DNA of 64,000 nucleotides, taken from the IMG/VR virus record IMGVR_UViG_3300042731_005566; one strand, 5' to 3'. Below are positions 57,469-64,000 of this stretch, one piece after another; position 1 is the first letter of the stretch; every line of letters starts with the position of its first letter. Made by a program: the position numbers and the translations under genes. Origin of the DNA: an uncultured virus (IMG/VR IMGVR_UViG_3300042731_005566). Its lineage: Duplodnaviria; Heunggongvirae; Uroviricota; Caudoviricetes. Below the pieces are notes generated by a model that was not told the DNA's origin, ran no database searches, and saw nothing but the letters and a program-made list of their open reading frames with translations.

Positions 57469-57856
57469 CTCGATGGCTACTCAATCGAGACAGTCGGGTG
57501 TGCGTTTCAAACCACTGGCGCAGCCGCCCCGGAATGCCAGCTCGATGACTACTCAATCGAGACAGCTCGCGTGCAATTGCCGCGGCCAAAGCTTTCTGCC
57601 ACCCGAAATGCTAGCTCGATGGCTACTCAATCGAGACGCGTAGCGGAAGCCAGTTCGCTCCTCGGGGTGCTCCCCGGAATGCTAGCTCGATGGCTACTCA
57701 ATCGAGACCGTATCGAGCCGAGCCCGAAGGCGTTCGCGCCCCAGACCCGGAATGCTAGCTCGATGGCTACCCAATCGAGACTACAAAACGGGGCCAGCGG
57801 TGTTTTTCCGTGGCCGGCCCCCCGGAATGCTAGCTCGATGGCTATTCAATCAAGAC
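57456..57856 (+). CRISPR. CRISPR array, regular part: 6 repeats of 36 bp and 5 spacers
   Basis: Consensus CCCGGAATGCTAGCTCGATGGCTACTCAATCGAGAC at 57456, 57528, 57602, 57673, 57746 and 57821; unique spacers of 36, 38, 35, 37 and 39 nt; internal CTCGAT/ATCGAG hairpin. Confidence 0.95.
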
Positions 57857-57888
57857 GCCACGCCAGGATGTAGACACGGAGGACTGAA

Positions 57889-58221
57889 ATGGGAATGAAA
57901 CCGAGACCGAAGAAAAGAACGGATCCACAGGTCCGTGAAACGTTGGTGTCTGCCGCCGACCGATTGATCGAGACTCTGGAAGACCTCCTACAACCATATG
58001 AGCGGGAAAAGGCGGAGGTGGTGATCAATGTGGCTCGGGAGGCTATTTACGAGTTGCAGTACGCCAATCCGAACACCGAGATCGTACTCAAAAGCGTGCT
58101 ACAGGCGTACCTGACGCCGGACGTCGGTATCTACCATTCCGGGTACGAAGCCGCCTTCACGAAGAAGTACGCCAAACTCGAAAAGATCATCAAGAAGGTC
58201 GTCGAGGCGACTGGCATGTAG
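57889..58221 (+). CDS. 110-aa hypothetical protein embedded in the CRISPR array
   Basis: GGAGG RBS; intact ORF with GC3 bias; repeats on both sides. Confidence 0.7.
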   Translation: MGMKPRPKKRTDPQVRETLVSAADRLIETLEDLLQPYEREKAEVVINVAREAIYELQYANPNTEIVLKSVLQAYLTPDVGIYHSGYEAAFTKKYAKLEKIIKKVVEATGM

Positions 58222-58229
58222 CAGCTTGA

Positions 58230-58263
58230 ATGCTTCCTTGTCGGTCAGGGGAGCATCCCTTTT
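58230..58263 (+). terminator. Putative intrinsic terminator after the embedded gene
   Basis: ATGCTTCCTTG-TCGGT-CAGGGGAGCAT stem (with G-U pairs) followed by CCCTTTT. Confidence 0.5.
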
Positions 58264-58823
58264 CAATCGAGACTTGAGCACCAAGGGCGACGACAATCAT
58301 GCTAGCTCGATGGCTATTCAATCGAGACTTGAGCACCAAGGGCGACGACAACCATGCTAGCTCGATGACTATTCAATCGAGACCTCGGCCCCGCAACCAA
58401 CGAAGACCCGGAATGCTAGCTCGATGACTACTCAATCGAGACGTCGGATTTGGGATCGAGGCTACCCAATCGAGACAGCCTAGCTCGTCTTTCGACGCGT
58501 CGAGATCGAACCCAGAATGCTAGCTCGATGGCTACCCAATCGAGACGCGAGCGACAACCTGGCGCGCGGTCTCAAAGTCGCGACCCGGAATGCTAGCTCG
58601 AAGATGATGAATCCGATGCAATTGAATCAGCCATGATCCGTGCTGGACTCATTTGGAAATGTGTCGAGTGCGGCTACAACAACGAACCAGACTACACTGC
58701 GTGCGATAACTGTGACAGAGAACGCGAGGACGGGTGTCCCGGAATGCTAGCTCGATGGCTACCCAATCGAGACGCCGTAGATCAACACCAGGTGGTCCCA
58801 GAATGCTGGCTCGATGGCTAGAC
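58262..58823 (+). CRISPR. CRISPR array, degenerate distal part
   Basis: Half repeat 58262-58273; 5'-truncated repeats 58299-58328 and 58354-58383; full repeats 58407-58442, 58511-58546 and 58738-58773; partial repeats ~58456-58476, 58584-58601 and 58797-58823. Confidence 0.85.
58602..58737 (+). pseudogene. RanBP2-type zinc-finger coding fragment inserted in the array
   Basis: WKCVECGYNNEPDYTACDNC fits W-x-C-x2-C-x3-N-x6-C-x2-C; bounded by a half repeat and a full repeat. Confidence 0.6.
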
Positions 58824-58866
58824 GTGTCCGGGTCCGGCAGAAAACAAGAAAGAGGAGTTTAGTGAC

Positions 58867-59106
58867 GTGGACAGCGACGATCCGATCGTGGTGCGTGTGA
58901 AGAAGGCACGGTGGGAAACACTCGGGCTCGACATGCCTCGGGATACCTACAGTGTCATGGCGATTGAGCTACCGAGCGGTCGCCGCCTTGTAGCTATTGT
59001 TCCTTCTGGCATTGACGAAGCAGACGCCAGGTTTGCTGAACAGGAGCTGCGCAGCCTGGCCGATGTGATCGCTGGATTTTTTGGTCCTGCATCGACGAAT
59101 TCATAG
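58867..59106 (+). CDS. Hypothetical protein
   Basis: GAGGAG RBS after the end of the array. Confidence 0.55.
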   Translation: MDSDDPIVVRVKKARWETLGLDMPRDTYSVMAIELPSGRRLVAIVPSGIDEADARFAEQELRSLADVIAGFFGPASTNS

Positions 59107-59149
59107 CGCGTTTTTTTGGGTACTTCACGATGGTGGTATGGCACGCTAA

Positions 59150-59165
59150 AATCGCGTCCGCGATC
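59150..59165. promoter_or_regulatory. Operator-like palindrome (copy 5, inverted) AATCGCGTCCGCGATC
   Basis: Reverse complement GATCGCGGACGCGATT is 15/16 identical to copies 1 and 2; intergenic, upstream of the HTH gene. Confidence 0.55.
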
Positions 59166-59282
59166 ATCGACGTGAAGCTTGCACGCAGCATCAATTCTAG
59201 GTAAAAACGAGGTAGGACGCGTCCCTGTACTACTGCTCTCAACTCCTCGACGCGTGGGGAGCAAACCGAAAGACGAGAACGA

Positions 59283-59897
59283 ATGCCAGTTCCTCCCGTG
59301 AAGTCCACCGCGGCGTGGCTGTCAGCTCATGATGCTGCAAAGCTGCTCGACGTAACCCCTGACTACATCGCGAAGTTGGGGCGCTCAAAGCGTATCCGCA
59401 GCAAACGGCTCGGGCCGAACCGCAACGCTTACTCCAAAGCTGATGTTGCGAAGTTCGCCGCTCAGCGAAAGCCACGCAAGAAGCCACGCAAGAGGTCACG
59501 CAAGCCTGGATCGAACGGTGCCGCCGGCAAGCCTGGATCGAATGGTGCCATTGACACAGACCGGTGGGTTGACGTGGCTGAAGCTGCGCGGATCACAGGC
59601 CTGACCAAAGGCGGTGTGAACTGGGCTGCTAAGCAGGGGCGCATTCCTACCGTCAACATGGACGGCCACCCGAGGCGTTATCTCTACTCGGCTGACGCCT
59701 GCGAAAACTACAAGCGCACGAACAACGGACCCAAAGCGCAAACGTCGAAGTCAGACCCTGCCACGCGGATGGCACCGAAGCGCGCGCAGACTGCCATCCA
59801 GAAAGCACGCTGGGTGTTCGATGGAATCGCGATGGGTGCTATTACCTCTGAGAGCGAAGCTCTAGAACTTCTTCGCGGCATTCTCTACGAAGACTGA
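59283..59897 (+). CDS. DNA-binding protein with two excisionase/MerR-like HTH domains
   Basis: WLSAHDAAKLLDVTPDYIAKL and WVDVAEAARITGLTKGGVNWAAKQGRIP. Confidence 0.75.
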   Translation: MPVPPVKSTAAWLSAHDAAKLLDVTPDYIAKLGRSKRIRSKRLGPNRNAYSKADVAKFAAQRKPRKKPRKRSRKPGSNGAAGKPGSNGAIDTDRWVDVAEAARITGLTKGGVNWAAKQGRIPTVNMDGHPRRYLYSADACENYKRTNNGPKAQTSKSDPATRMAPKRAQTAIQKARWVFDGIAMGAITSESEALELLRGILYED

Positions 59898-59911
59898 GAA
59901 AGGAGCGTACG

Positions 59912-60481
59912 ATGATCAAACTACGTGGACTGTCCTGGTCTCGTATCGAGAGTGCCTGGCACGGCATGCGAACACGCCGCGATACGGTCGCGTTGGAACG
60001 CGCACTCATTCTACGGCAGCTGCGAGACATGGCGCCGTGGACGGATCGCAAACGGTACGCGTCGCAGGCTGCGTACGACGAGCTGGCTGAGTACAGCTTT
60101 CACGACATACTTCGTCACCGTCTCTACGAGAACCCCAGAGAGGTCCGCAACACGTTGGCTGTGCTGGATACCTTCGGGGAGAAAGCCTTCCGACGCTACG
60201 GCCGCGCGGTGCTCGTCCGCATCCACAATCGCACGAGCAATCAACGCAAGCGGACGCGTGCGCTGCGTGAGCTGGACAAGATCATGCGGAAAGAGGATCG
60301 ACCACCGTGCCCAACGACCGTGTCTCTGGTGCTCAACAAGATCGAGCCCGCCAAACGGCGCCCGAGCCACATCGAGTTGGTTCGCAAACTCAAAGAACGT
60401 ATTCGCGCGTTGGAGACGGAGAACGCGCAGCTCAAGCACAAACTGCGTACAGGACGCGCACGTAAACGCAAGGCGGCCTAG
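59912..60481 (+). CDS. Basic hypothetical protein with coiled-coil tail
   Basis: AAAGGAG RBS. Confidence 0.6.
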   Translation: MIKLRGLSWSRIESAWHGMRTRRDTVALERALILRQLRDMAPWTDRKRYASQAAYDELAEYSFHDILRHRLYENPREVRNTLAVLDTFGEKAFRRYGRAVLVRIHNRTSNQRKRTRALRELDKIMRKEDRPPCPTTVSLVLNKIEPAKRRPSHIELVRKLKERIRALETENAQLKHKLRTGRARKRKAA

Positions 60482-60496
60482 CCAGAAAGTAGTACT

Positions 60497-61039
60497 ATGA
60501 AGAAGCTCATGCAAACACTGGATGCCGAAGTTGATCGTCGCGTCGAGCAGCTGATCGAACGTTTGCGGCCGCAACTCCATCACCTCGTACGCACCGAAGT
60601 CGTCAACGCTCTCGCCTACACGGTCAAAGTAGATGCCGGGCCGATCACGCCGAAGCAAGCTCAGAAGATAGTCACTGACGTCAATGCCACAGCAGCCATC
60701 ACTTCGATACGAGGCATCGTAGAGACACCAAACGGTTGGGCGTGTGTTCACTGCGGCACGACATTCAAGACCCAGCGAGCTGCTTCTATTCACGCACGTG
60801 CGTGCAAGCCCGAAGAGAAGCAGAAACCGCAAGGCTCACGTCGTGGCCCGCGCCGGGGCCCGCGTCGTTGCATCAAGCCAGGATGCAACGCACAAAGCAA
60901 GGGACCTCGTTTTCACCACCTCTGCGCAAAACACATCAACGCACCGAAGAAGCAGTGGCAAGCGTGGCAGAAGCAGGCACGGAAGCAGCCGCGAAAGAAA
61001 ACACGTGCCGCGGCGACCACTGGACGGATAGAGGGATGA
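60497..61039 (+). CDS. Zinc-finger protein (C2HC plus CxxxGC...CxxH)
   Basis: CVHCGTTFKTQRAASIHARAC; CIKPGCNAQSKGPRFHHLCAKH. Confidence 0.65.
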   Translation: MKKLMQTLDAEVDRRVEQLIERLRPQLHHLVRTEVVNALAYTVKVDAGPITPKQAQKIVTDVNATAAITSIRGIVETPNGWACVHCGTTFKTQRAASIHARACKPEEKQKPQGSRRGPRRGPRRCIKPGCNAQSKGPRFHHLCAKHINAPKKQWQAWQKQARKQPRKKTRAAATTGRIEG

Positions 61040-61440
61040 CGATGCCCGAAAGCTTCACTGACCCCATGGTCTACACAGAGGAATGGGCCGTCTGCGGGCG
61101 CCTCGATCAGCCTGTGACCGACTACATGAAGGACCCTAACAACCCCTGGAAGTGGAATCGTGGGCTCCTGGTTCGAGCGGGCGGCGTTGGAAGGCTTTGG
61201 CTCAGGGCGATCCCAGATCCACAGGGACGCCTCGACGGGTCAACTCCTCCAGAGGTCTCAGCCCACACCCGAGCGAAGCTTGCCGCCGCAGCTCCCTGCA
61301 TGTTCCGCCTCCTGATGGACATCTACGAGAACCCTGACAAGGACTGGTCCCAGGAGATCACCAACGTTACGCGCCGTGCTCTCGCAGGCCAAGGTTACTA
61401 TTACTACCGTTGGAAGGAGCCCCGTGACCTCACCGAATGA
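61036..61440 (+). CDS. Hypothetical protein
   Basis: ATGA coupling; AKLAAAAP motif of small phage proteins. Confidence 0.55.
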   Translation: MTMPESFTDPMVYTEEWAVCGRLDQPVTDYMKDPNNPWKWNRGLLVRAGGVGRLWLRAIPDPQGRLDGSTPPEVSAHTRAKLAAAAPCMFRLLMDIYENPDKDWSQEITNVTRRALAGQGYYYYRWKEPRDLTE

Positions 61441-61840
61441 AGACCTGATAGAGCAGATCGCTGAAGTCATCTATCGGCATGCTGGTGGAATCTGCCCTGA
61501 AGAGTTCGAGAACGTCTTCGGCAAGCCGCAGCGACACTGGAAGACCGACGCCCCTCGGGACACTCGCGATGACGAACTGCAAGAGCATGAACGCGATGAG
61601 TATCGGCTCCAGGCCCGCAAGGTTGTTGAGACCGTCGCCTCCTACCTCTTACTCGATGGCAAAGACAAGCTCATGGTGACGTTGCGAACGAAGGCCGAGC
61701 GCGACCGCTACCGCAAGCATGTCGCCAAATTGCGCGGAATGCTCTACCAGTGGTTACTGGTGCCCGAGGATCGTGATGCGCAACTGGAGCAAGAAACAAG
61801 CGCGTTGCTGGCTGAAACTGCCGACAAGGAGGCGCCGTGA
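61376..61840 (+). CDS. Hypothetical protein
   Basis: ORF; true start probably downstream, near the AAGGAG at ~61414. Confidence 0.5.
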   Translation: MLSQAKVTITTVGRSPVTSPNEDLIEQIAEVIYRHAGGICPEEFENVFGKPQRHWKTDAPRDTRDDELQEHERDEYRLQARKVVETVASYLLLDGKDKLMVTLRTKAERDRYRKHVAKLRGMLYQWLLVPEDRDAQLEQETSALLAETADKEAP

Positions 61841-62698
61841 GCGCGATGAGGCAAGAACACGAAGTACGGCAACTGCGCAAACAGCTCGATACCTACAGAA
61901 AACAGCACAATGTGTGACGCTCCGCTCTGCAACCGGCCCGCGCTCAAGTGGGATCTCTGCACTGCACATCTCGTGCTGTTCTGCCATCTCCTCGACCGCC
62001 GAATCGAAATCCCAGAATTTGACCGGCTCATGTCGTTGCCTACTGAAACCATGCTACAGGAACTCAACCGGCGTTTTCAGGTGCCCCAGTAAAAGACCCG
62101 ACCGTCATTACCACTCCAGATGGTTTCAGATTCGCGCGATGAATAGGCACTGGTGCTGCATTTGCGGAGCGGGATTCGAGACGGCGGGCGGACTGCGGCG
62201 CCATCTTCGGAACGTTCACTCCGAGGATACGGTAACCGATCACTCCTTTCGAGCGATTCGCTATTCGCACAACGGGCAACTACGAACAGGGAATTGCGCG
62301 ATCTGCTATCGGCCCGCGCAATTGCACATGCGAGGTGAGCATGGAGACAGTTGAGTGCGCACGATGCCATGGTCGGATCGTGGTGAACAAAGAACTATAC
62401 TGGGCGGACGTCCCGAGCGTCGGCGTGCTTTGCAATGCGTGCCACGAACGATGGCTAGAAGGTGAGCTAGCGGAAACAACCGATCCAGCTGAGGTGAAGA
62501 ACGATGGCTGATCCCGAATTCAAAGACATGACAGGAGAGCCACGTTCGGACGCAGAGCTGCAAGAAGCGGTCGAACGGCATCTGGTTCGCAGCATGAACA
62601 AGCTGATTGATGGAAGTGCCCGATTTGTTCATGGCGCTCACGACGATTCACGATGCGTTGCAAGAGCTGCTCGCGATTCGCGGTGAGGGAATGAAAGG

Positions 62699-63370
62699 AT
62701 GCCGCTAGAGCTACGGCAAGTAAAGCGTAGTGTGTATTGCATGACCTATGTGCCCGCGTACGACGAGCCTCACCTCTGGTTGTGGTTGGGGTGGCGTAAC
62801 ACCCACTACGTGATGCGTTTCGCGTACGAACTCGTAGATCGCGAACTCGCAAAGTTGGACCGATTCGGGCGTAGACCGAGCAAGAGTCGCCGATGGCGCG
62901 GCGTGGGCATACGATCGAGGCATGTAAAAACGATACGTTCTGTGATGAAGTTCCTCCGCAATGCACATGCTCGCGCAGCGGATAACGCTATGCGGTTGTC
63001 CAATATGAGAAATAGTCGTCCCCGACCTGAAAGTGTAGAAATGGTCAGCGAACTGAAAGACGTTTTCTGGGCTCACCTATTAACAGGTCCAGACGCTTAC
63101 GGTGCGCGAATCGCGGACCAACTATATCAACGACTCACGATTCCCGAAAAAGACCTCACCGAGGTCCACCTTCAGTACCGCCTCAACGATCTCACCAACG
63201 GTCGAGGCAGCCAAATACATGATGTTGACGTCGGCTATGCTTGCTTGGCCGCTTGCGAGATAGGACACTGGGATATCGCGCGCGACATCGCCCTATCTGC
63301 TCTGGTGCACGATGATGAACATACGTTGGGTGAGATCCCCGAAACAAAACAGACCCACTCCCGAATATGA
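62699..63370 (+). CDS. Hypothetical protein
   Basis: Long ORF in block; start uncertain. Confidence 0.5.
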   Translation: MPLELRQVKRSVYCMTYVPAYDEPHLWLWLGWRNTHYVMRFAYELVDRELAKLDRFGRRPSKSRRWRGVGIRSRHVKTIRSVMKFLRNAHARAADNAMRLSNMRNSRPRPESVEMVSELKDVFWAHLLTGPDAYGARIADQLYQRLTIPEKDLTEVHLQYRLNDLTNGRGSQIHDVDVGYACLAACEIGHWDIARDIALSALVHDDEHTLGEIPETKQTHSRI

Positions 63371-63550
63371 TCTGACTGTTGTGCAGCAAGCGCTCAGGTC
63401 AGCAATCGACATAGGCCGCTATGACGTCGCCCAACAGATCGTAGAGGAAGCGAAGGCTGATGTGTGCATCATCTGCGGGACCGCGCTTGCCACCTGCTCA
63501 GTGCTTCACGCCGGAACCAATATGCAGCTCTGTGACGAGTGTGCCTCTGA

Positions 63551-63898
63551 GTGGCAGTAGCAATGGCTTGCGGTAGCTACAAACGGCACCGTTTCACCGA
63601 GCACGGATGTAAACGTGCTGCTTGTGTGCGCTGTGGTGCGCCGAACCCGAATTGGGAGATCGTACTTCTCGTCAAGCCCGCACGGCGCCCTTCCTGGTGG
63701 CCCAAGAACGGCAAGAAGGGCGCAGCCTGGGCTACCATCAACTGGGATGGCGAGTGGATACTCGGCTATTCGATAGGTGTGGACTTCAAGAAACAGTTTC
63801 GGCGGTCGCAGGCAAGAGCTGCTCGGAATCTTTGGGAGGAAGAGTACGACTTCCGAAAGTGGGTCTTCAGGGAGGTGCTAGGTCGAACGTCTAGCTAG
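63551..63898 (+). CDS. Hypothetical protein
   Basis: CVRCGAPNP motif; ORF near the window end. Confidence 0.5.
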   Translation: MAVAMACGSYKRHRFTEHGCKRAACVRCGAPNPNWEIVLLVKPARRPSWWPKNGKKGAAWATINWDGEWILGYSIGVDFKKQFRRSQARAARNLWEEEYDFRKWVFREVLGRTSS

Positions 63899-64000
63899 AA
63901 GCCGAGCAGTCAATGCAGTACCATCGTGGGCATGAAACTTACCGACTACCTCAAAGACAACGGGTGGCGCCTAGGCAAAGACGGAAGCTGGGCGAAGCAG

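Noticed and set aside
57638..57672. Spacer 3 contains CCTCGGGG, complementary to the core of the CCCCGAGGGG hairpin (self-regulating guide?)
   Set aside because: Only ~8-11 nt match and the flanks match no copy; its reverse complement reads as ordinary coding sequence (EHPEERTGFRY). I found no full self-target for any spacer by eye.
57258..57873. ORFs 57258..57548 and 57571..57873
   Set aside because: They are translations through CRISPR repeats (recurring RNASSMATQSR / GMLARWLLNRD)
1..64000. Reverse-transcriptase systems (DGR or retron), rRNA genes, capsid/terminase genes and stop-codon recoding
   Set aside because: No RT motifs, template/variable repeat pair, rRNA-like tract or terminase/capsid motifs were recognised; genes are intact under the standard code

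Overview
This looks like a 64 kb segment of a large, GC-rich (roughly 60%) bacteriophage or phage-like element. Genes are dense, almost all on the + strand, and mostly small hypotheticals. Several host-like genes suggest a Myxococcota-type host (inference). 0-9.7 kb: a probable virion/adhesin module with four paralogous ~140-165 aa proteins, a 1032-aa Gly/Ala-repeat fibre, a sulfotransferase, two GT2 glycosyltransferases and a Gp37Gp68 protein. 10-37 kb: accessory genes, including a MoxR AAA ATPase plus VWA/metallopeptidase pair, a pentapeptide-repeat protein, thioredoxin, an FGE-sulfatase domain protein, HAD nucleotidases and a mini PolA fragment. 37.5-38.9 kb: a tyrosine recombinase and an RHH regulator. 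39-56 kb: early-type small genes. Main finding: a compact (527 aa) Cas12m/TnpB-like type V effector (55885-57468). It has an apparently substituted RuvC-II residue and a triple H-CxCxxC insertion, and its stop codon lies in the first repeat of a 36-bp CRISPR array. A complete gene and a RanBP2 zinc-finger fragment interrupt that array. Other findings: 15 strand-specific, covarying (N)CCCC-GA-GGGG(N') hairpins next to ribosome-binding sites, two paralogous near-leaderless RHH genes each heading a hairpin-marked gene block, a 5-copy GATCGCG-GA-CGCGATC operator-like palindrome, a ~180-nt Y-RNA/tRNA-like structured RNA, and a ~22-aa helical module shared by six mostly unrelated proteins. All family calls come from motif recognition by eye; no database searches were run.
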